64,000 nucleotides of DNA. Source: Octopus vulgaris. Lineage: Eukaryota. Of this stretch, positions 1 to 13,407 are shown one piece after another. Made by a program: the position numbers and the translations under genes. The notes beneath the pieces were generated by a model, which worked only from the letters and a program-made list of their open reading frames with translations, was not told the origin of the DNA and did no database searches. The first letter of the stretch is position 1; the number at the start of each line of letters is the position of its first letter. The stretch is taken from assembly GCA_951406725.2 (NCBI GenBank), contig OX597816.1, positions 149,172,001-149,236,000 on the forward strand. Direction: 5' to 3'.

Positions 1-600
1 TTCAGGCCCTACAGGTTCAGTTTTCACACTGGGAACAATAACAAAACCACCAGAAGAATTGCCACTTTTACTAGCATCTAGTGAAGCAACCTCAGATTCC
101 TGTCCAAAGACAGCTGCTGTATCTTTCTTAACTTGTGCTAATTCAGCCTCAGATATCTCTTGTTTAACATCAATGACTTGTGTAGTGACAGATGGAGTAG
201 AGTGAGATGAAACTGATGTGATGGATGATGAAGGCAGAGATGGTTGAACTGTTGGAACTGTAATACTGGGTGGGTTTGATAGAATGGTCTGCATCTGGCT
301 GAGATCACCAAATACAGTAACCGTTGAAGCTGGTTGATGAGGTATTGTGCTTGGAAGACGACTATCACACAGTTGTTCAAATTCTTTCATGTCCAAACGT
401 TTTGCAATGATTTTTAACTGATGTAAAATATCAGGATCAATATCTAATAGCCCATTGTACATATATTCAGCAAAGGCATTTAAAGCTTCTGTGCTAACTT
501 CTTCAGGAAAGTTCACTTGGAGAAACTTGTGAGAGAGGATATCTGTACTAAATACTGACAACAGTTTTGGACACACAGCAGACAGGACAACTTTATGCAC
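1..600 (-). CDS. Constant exon C3: C-terminal part of BTB/POZ domain plus S/T/P-rich region (continues beyond window)
   Basis: Not in ORF track. Acceptor tgtgtttcag| at 602-601, then 200 stop-free codons: VHKVVLSAVCPKLLSVFSTDILSHKFLQVNFPEEVSTEALNAFAEYMYNGLLDIDPDILHQLKIIAKRLDMKEFEQLC..., matching BTB motifs HKxVLSA, F.EYMY.G.L and A..L.M..L...C. Also carries SUMO-consensus VKQE and VKTE. Confidence 0.93.
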   Translation of the reverse strand, partial: MHKVVLSAVCPKLLSVFSTDILSHKFLQVNFPEEVSTEALNAFAEYMYNGLLDIDPDILHQLKIIAKRLDMKEFEQLCDSRLPSTIPHQPASTVTVFGDLSQMQTILSNPPSITVPTVQPSLPSSSITSVSSHSTPSVTTQVIDVKQEISEAELAQVKKDTAAVFGQESEVASLDASKSGNSSGGFVIVPSVKTEPVGPE

Positions 601-958
601 CTGAAACACAAACACAAGGAATTGATTAGATAGGAGGGAAATATATGAACGGGAAACAGAAAACATAAAAAAGTAAAACCATTTGCATCTCTTAGAAATA
701 AAAATACATTCCTTGGATCCTATATGGTTTTATAAAGTATCAGTATTGCAAATAAGTTAATTCAATAAATCATATTGATTTCCTTCAAGAAAAAGGTCAA
801 GTCCCAAAGGAAGAACTTGATATTCTAATATTATTATCTTTGGAAGATTAGTCTGATGGAAAACATGCATTCTTCATTTGTTTCATGAAATGTTCTTTAA
901 ATAGTCAGTAAATTAATTTGTAGCCAGAGAATATTAATGTTAAAAGCAATATACCTAC

Positions 959-1262
959 CATCACAGTAGATGAGCCATTACCAATACCAGCATCACACAA
1001 CTTTCCACTTTTCCACAGAGATGCTAGATTGGACATGACACAACGCTGATGATCAGCAACAACAAATATTCGTTTTTCTCGTGGTCGAGGTTTTTCCACA
1101 GGCTTCGGTTTGGGTTCACTTATTTGAATTGGTGGAGCTAACACTTGAACAGGCCTTGTAATATTTTGAGAAACCTGGGCCACACTCATATGCTGCTGGA
1201 CTGGCATTTGAGCTTGTAGTGTTTTTGCAGCCATCTGAGATACCTGAGTGTTAACCATTTGT
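959..1262 (-). CDS. Constant exon C2: Q/P-rich linker and N-terminal part of BTB domain
   Basis: Acceptor ttaatttcag| at 1264-1263 and donor ATG|GTAGGT at 958. Encodes ...HQRCVMSNLASLWKSGKLCDAGIGNGSSTVM, which joins in phase 0 to VHKVVLSA of C3 (BTB L..L...G.LCD motif). Confidence 0.92.
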
Positions 1263-1349
1263 CTGAAATTAAAATTTACATTTTAGAAGATAATCACAAG
1301 TGATGTTCAAAATTAAGAGGCGAAAAGACCAATTAATCATCATACATAC

Positions 1350-1585
1350 CGCCGGTCATCAAATCGACGATTTTCGAACCTCCGTTCCTGGAAACGCTGC
1401 TCTTGGAAGCGTTGCTCATCAAAGCGTCGATCATCAATTTGTTTTTTCTGAATTTTTGCAGGTGAAGGTTGAGGAGGTGAATCATCTGGAATGAGCACTG
1501 GTGCAGACGAGACAGTGGCAGCAGCAATCTTTTTACGCCTAGGGTTCTCAGGCTTTCCGGAATATACTTGATTTGAAGGTCCTGC
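1350..1585 (-). CDS. Constant exon C1: common phase-0 acceptor exon with basic/charged linker
   Basis: Acceptor tctttgtgtttacag|GCA (phase 0) and donor CG|GTATGT at 1349 (phase 2, completed by the first A of C2 to give R-Q-M). Encodes AGPSNQVYSGKPENPRRKKI...DDRRFDEQRFQEQRFQERRFENRRFDDRR; PRRKK is NLS-like. Confidence 0.88.
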
Positions 1586-2207
1586 CTGTAAACACAAAGA
1601 GACTATTTGAAGAAAAATAACAATTGCAATTTCAGGGTGTACTAAAATGCCAAAAAGTTAAGCTTTGCCTTGCTTCTCTGAATGAATATGTCTATTTTGC
1701 AAAACAAACTTATAATATTCTTGTAGCCACTCATTCAGTAAGAAATAATTAGTTTAAACTATTATAACCCCTACTCCTATCCATAGCTAGTTTCCTTACC
1801 CAAGACCTCAAAGTTTTTTGAGAGATACTGACCCAATAATCTGACTGGTACTTATTATTAAACTAGCACTGAACAAACTACTTCACTATTCTTCACAGAA
1901 GATACACCTTTCCGTGAACAATTGAACATAAAACAAATGAAAAGTATAAAAATAAAATGTTGGAATAAAAAAAAAAAAAAAGTTTATATCATAATCAAAA
2001 GCGAAATAAATTAGTCAACATCCATAGTGCAATGGAGAACAAATCTAAGTTCCACGCCAGCAAATAAAAAAGAGAAATAGTGAGGAAAAAGCAGAGAACG
2101 GTAACTCTCTAAACAATAAAAATACATATATATGCAAGTTGTCTTAAAAAATATGTTAATGTAAACTGAAGTCGACCATTCTTAATATCCTAATTGAAAT
2201 TACTTAC

Positions 2208-2567
2208 CTTTAAACTTCGTGCTATACACTTGGAATGTAGTTCAGATTTCTCGTGCAGAAGAAGTTTACTCTTCCTATGGCTGGATCCCAAGTCAACACT
2301 ACCTTGGACCCAAGCATTTTTTAAAGCAGACCTAGTGCTGGAGAACCAATACTTCTGGCAGACAGCACAGCTAGCTAGCGGATTTTGGTTTGGACGCAAC
2401 TGTACCAGTAACCAAGGATAGGTTCTCTGAAGCTCGTTCAAAGAACTAAGCGACGATTTCGTATACCTAACACTTTTGGGGATGAAATGAACACTACTTT
2501 TCTGTGCCAGGACTCCAGTGCTATACGTCGTGTTGTTATTAAATAGGAAACTCTCTGTATTGTCCAT
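2208..2567 (-). CDS. Variable exon V1: TTF-type (hAT-transposase-like) zinc finger
   Basis: ATG 2567; motif YPWL...CAVC...W..G......L..HE.S..H..C; donor AAG|GTAAGT, phase 0. Confidence 0.8.
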
Positions 2568-2838
2568 TTTCCTTGAATTCAAATTCAAAGACAAGCGTCC
2601 TATATAAAAATTGTTTCTGAGTTAAAAGGTAATAGAAGTGTGTTGATTTGTAACTGCCATCTTCCTATCAACCCAAAGATTTACACAATAGAAAATAAAA
2701 ATGTAAAAATAGATAAACACAGCAGCAATATTACTGAGGATTGTGTCAACAGAATTCGAATTACGACGTAAAGAAATTATTAAATTTCAATATTTAAGCT
2801 GTCAGATGAATATTATATATATATCCTTGACCACTTAC

Positions 2839-3291
2839 CAGGGGCAGTTTAATGGAATCGATCAGCGGCAAAGGTATGTGGCGAATCGTATTATCACAAA
2901 CATTCCGAAGCAACCCGAACGGAGAATCTCCGTGGAATTCCGAGGTTGCAGTGAGGGTGGAGCTGGACGTCACACTCGTCTCATTCTGAAATCTGACACT
3001 GTTGACGACAGACTGTTCAAATTTGTCATCGGCATGAAATGTACTAGAAGCACTGCTACTATTCGACCCGACTTTCTCCGGTAGATTTGTTTCACAAAAA
3101 TCCTCAATGCCCTTAACACAATTCCTGATTCGACTTACAATCAATTTCACGATAGGCTCATTAAATCTGTGCTTTGAACGTAAATGCTTCGGTAGGTTGC
3201 GAAATTTACTTAATACAGTTAAACACGATCGAACAGGGCACTGAACACTATCCTCAGAAGATGGGCCCTTAAACTTCCGAACAAAAACCAT
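2839..3291 (-). CDS. Variable exon V2: single C2H2-like zinc finger plus S/T-rich tail
   Basis: ATG 3291; CPVRSC-x12-HLRSKH; donor CTG|GTAAGT, phase 0. Confidence 0.75.
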
Positions 3292-4247
3292 CACAAATTA
3301 CAAAATTTGCTTACTGCAGCGGGCGATTGAAGCTTTACTTATTGAATGAAGAGAAAGGGTGGAGGGAGGGAAAAGCAAGCTACAACTGAATGGTGAAAAA
3401 CTAGTTTGATGAAGAATGGAGGGAAGCAAAATTTAAAAAAAAAGTGTAGAAGCTGGGACGGGCGAAATGGGGGGGAAAAAAAAACATTGAAAATATTCCA
3501 TAAAAACGAGAACATTAAAATGGCGGCAGGTTGTGAACCTCGTGTTCATGAATTAGTGAGTGGGTATGCTATTAGATAGAAAGGAAGACTAGTTCTCTAG
3601 TAGGAAGACTGCTGCTGTGACTTGTCCACTGGCAAAGAAAGCAGTCTGAACAACCAATACGATAAGAGATCAGCTACTGACGACCGACCAACAGAAAGAT
3701 ATTAGAAAGGATATGCTACCTACATCTCATCATTGTGACAAACCTAACACTGAGACAGGCCAGACGTCGACCACAATAGCGAAGAAAAGTCCTTTCAGCC
3801 CTAGAAGGTGAAACTCCTTTAACAATCTTACGCACAGCCGAACAACACAGAAAACAACTTGTAATCCTACGCCAACTGGCAAGTGCACGAAGCTGCAAAG
3901 GGACCAGAGAAAAGCTTTGACAACGCCGCACTATATAATTTAATTAGTGATTTTATTTCCAACCAAGTTGTGAACAAACCCACCTCTGATCGAAATGGAA
4001 TAGCTCCGCTGCTCCCGAATATAATAAAACAACTCTTCTTTAATTTGCGAGCACGTCATTTTGTATGTAATTATATATACACGCACACAATTATTAAACA
4101 AAATTACAAAAAATGAAAGTTTCATGACAAAACAAAAGTACAAAAACAAATTGTCATAAATATTTACAAAGCAAGAATGTGATACTCTTTAATAACATTA
4201 CTAAATGTGAGAAACTCCTGAAACTGACAATATTTTTACCAACCCAC

Positions 4248-5249
4248 CTGCAGTATATATGATATTCCTGATTGTTGAGGTAAGTCCATATTATAAATCC
4301 TTAACGTAGAAATTTGCGTGGTTCGCAGACAATGATTTGTGTAGATCTGAGAACAACCAGCCTCTCGAGAAATCTCTTTCATTCGAGTTCCGAGAGTGTT
4401 TTTACCAATTGGCATGTTATCATACCATGGAACTTCATCTGGATTCACATTCTGCTTACTTCTTTGCCAAAAAGCATCACAGAGTGGATTTAAGAGGTTA
4501 ATGTATTTTTTGAAAGAAGTCAGCGGGCACCATTTATTACCGGGTATTTCATACATGCGTACTTCATTAACAGGAGGATCCCCATTGCTGTTCAGCTCAG
4601 CTCCAACCCGAAAGGTAACATATTGCAGACCCTGAGGTGATAATTCAATACTGAAGTCTCGTTTCGAAATCTCCCGCAGATTATCGCGCCCGCGGCTACA
4701 CATATGCAACATTAAATCCATGAATACCTTATTTTGCAAACCTCGTGGCTTGTCCTGATCCAGAGCGGACGATAGCATAATTTTCTGTATATCTTCCTCT
4801 GTAATAGGATTCTTACGCTTAATAGCATCCTTGCCCATTGCCCTCAATTTCATCAAAATTACACTGAACACTTCATTGGCTTCAATGAATTCGTCATCTG
4901 TTATAATATCTAAATGCGACATTCTTTTGAAGTGACGCTGTAAACCGTAACGCAACGTAATCATCGATTTCCGAGCATAGAGTTTACCACTAACTTGGCG
5001 CACCTCTGTGTAGAACTTTTGCAGAAATCGGCTTAATTGTTGAGCAGGCTTTTTTTCTAATAAAGATAAAGTAGTGTGTTGAGTTCTACAATAGTCCTTT
5101 AGAATTTTGACAGCACTTTTGATAATATTTTGAGTTCGTAACGATTCATCTAAATCGATAAGCTCCACACCGTTCATACGGTTTGGAGAAACACATGCTT
5201 TAGGGTCTTGTGCTTCTGGTTGAGAATCGCCTAGGCTGTTGGACGCCAT
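4248..5249 (-). CDS. Variable exon V3: Crypton-derived tyrosine-recombinase-fold (DUF3504-like) domain
   Basis: L..FY.EVR...G..Y...S...LRYGLQRH, GLQNKVF, SRGRDNLR, CP...FKKY, FWQR, WY...PIGKNTL...M..IS..AG....YTNHCLR; donor CAG|GTGGGT, phase 0. Confidence 0.88.
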
Positions 5250-5767
5250 GTTGAGTGACAGAATTAAGAAATAATTATATAATGAAATCTATGAGCATTC
5301 AGCAATAACTGCTAGCTTTTGACTAAATATAGAACCATACAGTGCAATAAAATAGGCTGCAGTAACGTGTGTAAAGAATTACGTTAATGATACTATGATG
5401 CAAAAGCTGTTTCCACTCTCATATTTCTCCCACCGCCATTTTCCTGTATTACACTTATTTCCCATGGGGAACAGTAGACTATTGACCGACAGTAGTAAGT
5501 CCACGTGAGATGCACTAGCCAATGAGAACATCCGTAGTCATAGTTCTAGCTATTACACTATTACATGGCAACTAATAGCTAGGTAATAGCAAGAGGAAGA
5601 TCGAGAATTAAGCTACCGCGAAACAATATATTTCGAGAAGCCAATTACTGAATAGCAGACTCATCCAATCGAAAAAATCGCAGCAGATGTTACAATGTCT
5701 CTAGAAAACAAAAACAAACAATACAAAAGAAAAAAAAATAAATTAAAAAAAAAAAGAAGCAATTAAC

Positions 5768-6040
5768 CTGGTAACAATCCAATAGCGGTATAGGGTCAGG
5801 GTGCTCCGGAGTGGGGCCGTTCTTACCAATAAAATGCAAGCTACATAAATATGTCCATGGTTTGATGTTATTAACAGTGAAGTATAATCGACCGCAAGCT
5901 TTCACCCAACGCTGACACTTCGTTAAGTCTTTGTGTGGTTTAGGGAATGGAATCCACCAGACCCCTTTCATTTGCGGTCGGTTAGGATAGCGGCTATCAC
6001 TTTTACAGGTACCATAGCTACAATGACGATTGGCCGGCAT
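5768..6040 (-). CDS. Variable exon V4: complete THAP domain
   Basis: ATG 6040; CSYGTC...PFPKP...RW...C.R...LCSLHF...PDPIP; donor CAG|GTTAAT, phase 0; ORF tail beyond donor is poly-T intron-like. Confidence 0.87.
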
Positions 6041-9000
6041 TTTGTGTATAAAGTCGTTAAAAATTATTTCGTCCTTCCACAAGATTCATCAGAACTTCAA
6101 CAGATCCATGCAGCAATGCGAAAAAAAAAAAACCCAGTCATTTATATTCACTATTAAATACATCAAACATGTTCGAAAAATGCTGGTCACGAGGTTGAAT
6201 AGAATATTATGCTGTCTAAAGTAAATGTAGCACTAGGATTTATTGATTACCGTCATCTTATGATAACAGTAACTTCCCGAAAAATTGAACAACAGCGAGT
6301 GTTTTCTAAATCCTATTTAATTTTTAGCACCAAGTTAAATATACAGAGTAAAAGTGAGGGAAAAAAAGCAGGCACTTCGCTTTGATAAACTGCTTAAGTA
6401 TGGCGGACAATAATCGTAGTCACAAACATAGTTTGTCCTATAAAATATACAGTAATCTACACATGATAAAACCTGCTGTTAACTCAGATATAGCAGCAGC
6501 AGTGGAAGGAGGGAAATAGCAGCAGCAGTGAAAGGAGGGAAAGAAGTCAGATAAGGAGAATCAACACAGACAAGTTCAACACGTCAGTAATAGCAGTAGC
6601 AGTAGTGAGTGTTACCATGGCAACGACCAGGAAAAGAGCTCTCTTTAACATGTCCTAAATACAGCAGTAGATTCAGGTAGTGGGCAATGCAAGTTAGCTA
6701 TTTTACTATTTTTTTTTCTGTCTCCATCGTACAATAGCAATCATGACAGCAAAAGATAAGACAGATAAGCCACTGGTATTCCATTGCACATAAAATATTT
6801 GAGGACAATGATTCTAAAATGCATTAATGGAAAAATATCTATACTTTTCTAGTTCTATTTAAAGACGCCTTGTACTCTTCAGACACCACATCAACACAGA
6901 ACCCTTATTTCTGACCCCATATCAAAACGAATATTTGCGGAAGAGGCAGCTCTAGTAATCGCCCCTCTTTAAAATATATAGTAAGATAATTTAGAAAATA
7001 TTGTGAAAGGATGCCAACAATGAGAACAAAAATAGAAAAGAAACTTTTTGGATCTTGCAACTACAAAGTTACCCCCTTATCGAACATGCTTTATGGGCTC
7101 AAGGAATAGTTACTATGACCTTCCTATTATCCAAGATTCATTCTTAGCACAGTATGATTGTATCGAAGTTAGTAGATCAAGCAAACACACAGGTACCCAA
7201 ATTTAGACATCGGTAGGCAGCCCTCATGATTAAGCTACAAGATGGTGAGAAAGAGTAATGAAAACAATAGAAAAGTGATTGGCTTCCTTTCGAATCAATA
7301 AGAGGGACTGAAACACTTGCCAGTAAACGAAACATTCTCAATACTGGCGTTGCAGAGAAGAATCGAACCATGGCACATGTACCGGATGATTATGAAACAG
7401 TTTGGGAGGGGTTGGTGGGTGGAGCCTCCAGATTAATAGAAATTAGACAATAAAGATCGAGGAAACAACATAACGTAAAGAGAAAATATCTTAAATATTG
7501 AAATAAATCAGTCACTAAATATGGTGTATAGCGATTGCTAACTAGCTCACCTGCAAAAGTAGCATAGACTTTTTTTTATTTCCGTAACTTACTCCAGCCA
7601 TTCGTTTGCAAGAACATTACAACCTCTGAAGTTGGATTATAAACCATTTTCACTCTAACTTGCTCAAACAACCGATGCATCCTTGAACTTAACATAAAAG
7701 ACGAGGGAGCCTTTAGTCACTTAACGGTACTAGAAATAAGTCAAACCCCTCCAACTCCACTCCTACAAAAAAAAAAAAAAAAAACTTGACTAATACAGCA
7801 GTGTAAACTTCAGGCAATCTACTGTATGTGTTCCCGACGGGGACACACACAGGATGAATCCCGAACGAGATTCGTGGAAAATCCGAAGGTGAAGACACCA
7901 ATGCAATTTGGTTAAATGCCAATATAATTTAATAGTGTATTTAATGCGGAATTCGACCAATGCCAGAAAGAATTAGGGGCGACACACAAATATATATATA
8001 TCCTAGATAGTTTGTACCGCACGCTTGCAGTGTGACTGAGTAGATGCTTGTCAGTAGCAACAGTTACTGTTCTACTGCATCCTGCCACCCTTGATGTTGA
8101 ATAGTGGAAAAAATATCAAGGGTAGCAGTTTTGTGATGGGAGCTGAAGTATATTATCAAAATATTCACAGTTCTTCAGATTAATGAAAAACAGCACACGC
8201 CACTTAACCTGAAGTGCATATACAAAGAAAAAATTTATATATAAACATCTTCCAACTCGGCACTGTCGATATATACACACCAAACTACACACAACTAATT
8301 TTCTAGTTAGCAATAAGTTTAGTATGATTTTACAGTTGATTAAAAACAGCCGAAAGCTGCTGTGGTAATTATTGCAGTTACGTGTTTTAAAGATACATTG
8401 ACTACATTGTCTGATGAGGGAGAAAAAGATTCAACTTACGATACATCCTAAAACCCCGAGTATTTATCACTTATTTACATCTATATTTATAACAAGCTTC
8501 AGCAACGTGAAAGAATCAAAGTTTCTTTCGGGCTTTTATTAGTGAGTAGCTTGTTTTCTCGCTGTCAACTCCACATAGTGATGAGTGATTTGAACAAAAC
8601 TATAATCCTTTTTATAAAATGTTTCAAAATTGCAGTAGAAAAAAGAGCGAGGCACTTTATAGTGTTAAATAAATTGCTCAAGAATGTTCGAAAATTGTAG
8701 TGAGAACAACGTATCTTCATACACGACAAAACAGGAGCAATAATAAAAGGAGCGAAGCGAAAGAGACATGTTCAACAATGTGTAATAAATAAAAGTAATA
8801 TTTGCCCGAGGTGGTGGAAGTACTGAAAATTAATCAGTTTAAAAATTTCTACAGTCAATTTCAAATGTTTAAACAATACTATAATACAATAACATTTACC
8901 GATTTGTCTAAGTGCAAGCTAGGAAGGTATTTCAAGTGAATGAACTTTGAATAGGGTAATAAGAAAATGATTTGGAGTGGTAAAGAATGTCCACAGCGAG

Positions 9001-10180
9001 TAAAATATTTAGCTTGGTACACATACAAGTGTTACACTTCAGTTGTCGCTTTTATGCAGTTGTAAACTTCTTAATCAGCTGAAAACTTTCCCATTGTTTT
9101 TCAATATATTCATTTTAACATAGGATCCAAATCGGGATTACATACTACCATGCTAATAAAAATCATAGAATATAATCACTAATCGCTGTGGTCCAGGTCA
9201 GTGCTTATCACCCAGACCTTTGATAAGATTCCAGACATGACTGACTGTTCCATCTTTTATCAGTCTAGGATTACATTACCGGCCGTACACTCACTCAACA
9301 GAATACAAGAATATCTTATACAATACATATGCCATTCAAATTCCATAAAGAAATTATTGCATTTCCAATGTGTATGTTTTAAAAATAAATTTTTAGTCAT
9401 AAAGAAAAACTTTTGTTTATATTTTGTTGTTTAATCCGATATAATAGTAACTCAAATTCTTTTTAGATGATACACAAAATTTGTTTCGAAGCCGACAAAA
9501 TAACCAGAATCATCACTATTATAATTGGATCAATCAGTTGACGCGTTATTTCGGAGATATAAAAAAACGTATTTAAATGTGTCCGGACCGTATTTTGATT
9601 TGTGTTTGACTGTAATAGGAAGAATTGCTGCATTATGTAATTTGAGGAATGCTAGGAGCAGCTCAGAAGACCATGTAGAGAGGTTCGTAGGCTCCATTAT
9701 CTCAATGTATTTACAGGTAAATGAATAATGGGAAAGAAGCTTTCATTACTTTACCACTTGATTTAATTGAATATAAAAGAACAGGACATCGCTGTTACAC
9801 CGCTTTAACATATTTTAATTATCAAAATACAGCCACGAAAAGATAATGATGAATGTGAGAAAGTACATGAAATGTTTGGAGCCTTTCAATTATTGAACCA
9901 ACCATTAATTAGTATTACAGTTTGAGCATTAACAAAACCGTCGTTTGCAAGAAGTAAATAAAACGGGGGGAAAAAAAGAATGCCAATAAATCAATGCGCA
10001 TGCGCATGGAAGGCAAGCCAAGTTCCTACAATCGATAAATCAAAAGAAAAATAACGGACGTTCGTAAACACTTGTAATACCTTAAATATAAGAATCGCAG
10101 ATATATGCAGAACATGAAATATTAAGTAGAATCCAATAAAGCCTAGTTTAAGACACTCAAGTGGTAAAAGAAAAACTTAC

Positions 10181-10555
10181 TTGAGGAAAAGGAAACTCCA
10201 AAGAGGCCTTACCACCGTAGAGCTTTTTACTGTCCCGAGCTCTAAAATCAATTTTAGGGAAGATAGTTTGAGCAGGTGTCCATGGGAAAATAGTCGGAGC
10301 AGGATTTTGAGGGCTAGGTTCTCCATCTTTAAAGTGTCTAGAGCAAACGCGATGATGTTTTTTTGGACCATCCCAGTTGTCACCACGTCTTACTAGCTGC
10401 GTCCAAAGTTGACGCATGTACGGATCTTTCTTGGCAGTAGGAAAGGGGAAAAAGCGAACACCACGCATGAATGGATAGAGACTAACATTCTTGCGCGAAT
10501 CAGAGCTACACTGATGTACAATACACCACCACTTTGCTTTGCAAGTAGGCTCCAT
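10181..10555 (-). CDS. Variable exon V5: complete THAP domain
   Basis: ATG 10555; CIVHQC...FFPFP...W...VRR...VCSRHF...PAPTIF; donor CAA|GTAAGT, phase 0. Confidence 0.88.
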
Positions 10556-10907
10556 ATTAAAAAAATATAAACGACACGAACCAAGCTCGTTAGGCAACCC
10601 TCCAAAAAGGCAGGCAAACAAGAATTTATGATAACTGAACGGAAATGACTATGCCTTCACCTATCACGTGACGTCCAAGGGATGCAACTGCAGAAGTCGT
10701 TGACAAAATATGAAAAAAGGTAAGCAGCTAAAATATGCAAAAAATCCGAAAGTAAAAAAATAAAAAGAGAAAGAAGAAAGTAAGATATTTCTTGATTAAG
10801 AAATGTAAATATGTACGGAATGACGAAACTAAATGCGCTCGCTAAATTTGTAATTAAGCCAGGTTACACCACACGACTGATACAAGTGATATTTTTATTG
10901 TATCTAC

Positions 10908-11219
10908 CTCAAACCGCTTCTTCGCTCCTCGTCGTCGGATTGGTTTGAAGTTGAAGATAGTTGGTACTGCGTCTGGTTTAAGTCGTTGTTTTATTTTGAT
11001 GCCCCAGTGCTTGAGTAAATTAGGGTCTTTTACATAGCAGTTTCGTTCGAAGTGATCCGAACACAAACTAGAGTATTTCGAAGGTATAAATTCTGCCCGA
11101 TTAACCCTTGATAACCATTCCTTGTATATATGTGGCCTTGTGTTGCTGTCAGGAAAGCGGAAAAAACTTCTACCACTTCCTGTTTGATTACTGCAGCCGA
11201 AAGCAACACAGTGAACCAT
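10908..11219 (-). CDS. Variable exon V6: complete THAP domain
   Basis: MVHCVAFGCSN...FFRFP...W...V.R...LCSDHF...LKPDAVPTIF (AVPTIF box); donor GAG|GTAGAT, phase 0. Confidence 0.9.
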
Positions 11220-11310
11220 TTGCTACCATTTAAATTTCAATCCTAAGAGTATGGACTTTTTCCTCTTTTTACATGAACTGCTGTAAATCTTAACTAACAG
11301 AGATCACACA

Positions 11311-11382
11311 AAGATGGCGACAGTGTTGCACTAAAGTGATGTCATTACGAGTGGGGAGGTTACTCCGGAAATATCCGGAAAC
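11311..11382. promoter_or_regulatory. Putative promoter of V6 (YY1-like and tandem ETS-like sites)
   Basis: AAGATGGCG at 11311 and TCCGGAAA twice at 11364-11381, in the ~260-bp gap between the V7 donor and the V6 ATG. Confidence 0.5.
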
Positions 11383-11481
11383 GTACGAAATATAGTTATG
11401 GAAAAAAAAGGGCAATCGTTGAAATTATCATGCAAACATGCAACGATATTTGACAATTAAACGAGTATTAATAGAATTTAC

Positions 11482-11934
11482 CTTTAACGAGTCAAAGCCT
11501 GTACGCTTTAGAAAATTGTTTAACCATCCTTTACTAGCAACAAAAGGTTCGTAACTTCCACCCTGGTCTTGAACAAAACGCTCGTAAATAGCCAGTGCTT
11601 TGTCTCTAATACATATCGTGCTGAGGCTAAACTTCTTGTTTTGTAGTTGTTTCGTTATCCAAGTTCCAAGCACCTTTTCAGTTCTTTTTAACGCGGTATT
11701 CCCTATCCTGGTTACCGTTCCAGAAAACGGCGAGGAGTATAACACGGAATTCTTTATTTTGTCAGCATTTTTTTTGATTGAACGAATAGTGCTCTCTCCA
11801 ACACCGAACATACGGCCTAATGCAGATGAACCTTCTCCAGATTCGGCCCGTCCAAGAATCTCTAACTTGGTCTCTAATGTCAAATAGGTTCGTTTACGTT
11901 TTGTGAAAGAACTAGAAGCCGAACGTAAAGACAT
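11482..11934 (-). CDS. Variable exon V7: CENP-B/pogo-Tigger bipartite HTH DNA-binding domain
   Basis: ATG 11934; KRKR..LTLETKLEIL...G......LGR.FGV.ESTIR.IKKN and E..L..WI...I..KA...F.ASKGWL..F..R; no DDE domain; donor AAG|GTAAAT, phase 0. Confidence 0.88.
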
Positions 11935-13407
11935 GTCGCGGTGATAAACATATGCAAAAACAGACAAAAGGAGGAAAATGCAAAACACAAACAAGTAACC
12001 GGCACGATAGACTAACTTAGCAGTGGTGTTCTAAATCTAGGAACGCTAGATAACCAAGCAATCTAAACTTCTTTCCCACAAGGCCACACGCGCCAACTGA
12101 TCTCTCTTTCTCTCTCTCTCCTCTCGTCTTCCACTCATTCCCACCTCCCGCCCCGAAATAAAACCAACATTTCACATTACAGCTAAGAGAAAAGCAGGAG
12201 ATACAAAAATCAGATACACTCACTAAATCGCATTATCTAAATTCGCATTAAAGATGGTGGCCTACAAAGCTATCTCCCGTTATTAATTTTTTTCTTCAAA
12301 TATTTACAATCTTATATATTTCTTTTAAGCAAAACTGAATATTTTAAAAACTGAAATGTCAATAAAAATAAAATATAAATTAACAGAACAACTCTACCTG
12401 GATGTATCTTACGTTACCTGGGTATGCATAAACATACATCTATACAACAATGTACTCTTAATGAACGCAGTAACTATACCCCGAATGAATATCCATTTCC
12501 ATTTATTTTTCATTTCCTATTTTTTTAAAATTTGACTTGTAGAATAACTTGACTAACAACGATGATAGAGTACTCATTAAAAGAAGATAGCCTGCTTCTT
12601 ATATGTAATATTTAAAATGCCAGACAGTTTGTACAAATTTATATATACACACACAGACATCCATACACGAAAGCAACCACCTTTAAGCAGATCTTGACGT
12701 ACAGCTTGACCCCCCCCACCCCCATTTATTACAGTAGTGGTTGAGCACTTCAATTTCAGGGTGAATAGGCTATTCCAGAGATGTTAGAATTATCTATATA
12801 TTTACACTTAAACTTCGTTTGAAGATTTAGATAAATACATCTGTTTAATACAGTACACTTCTATTGGCAAAGAAAAAAAAAGTATCATAATAGTGTTTGC
12901 TGCTCTACATGCTTTAACAGCAGCTAAAATTTGAACGTCCAAATAAAAAATTTACAGTATCTACTGAATGCATTCTCATGAGATAGATGTTGATGATGAA
13001 TCTAAAAATATTAGAATTGATTGAAAGGACAGGAATTCTGAAAAAGCAGCCTAAAATAAAATACTTTCTTAATTCTGTCTACGAATAATGAGTCATTCCA
13101 TTACAAAACAGGAGTAGAACGTAGGCGCCTAACACAAGCATGTTGACAGTGGTCATCACATATACATGGAGCGGCTGTAACTTTTTCTTCCTGACGGCAA
13201 CATCACTGAATTTTTACTAGAAGCTGTTTCTTCGTCGGCTAAAGTATAGTTGGTATGGAATCTATGCCATAGACCTAATTTAATACGGATCAAGCTAGAT
13301 AGATTGAACATAGACGGTGTTTTGAAATTACAACTAGTCTTACGGACAAATTCAATATAGATCTCAGATTTATAAAAAAAAAAGACGCGGAAACTTATGA
13401 CGGTAAA

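Noticed and set aside
138-380. 80-aa minus-strand ORF in track
   Set aside because: Alternative frame inside constant exon C3; the BTB frame runs 600 to <1.
3670-3733. Minus-strand ATGATGA ... CTGA resembling a C/D-box snoRNA
   Set aside because: No terminal stem flanking the boxes and no recognisable guide sequence; short motifs are expected by chance.
3716-4149. Minus-strand ORFs 3716-3931 and 3940-4149 as extra variable exons
   Set aside because: No domain motif and no convincing phase-0 donor.
4236-5249. Reading the recombinase-like ORFs as phage integrases or a prokaryotic island
   Set aside because: Spliceosomal introns, SINEs and THAP/BTB context are eukaryotic; the motifs fit Crypton/DUF3504.
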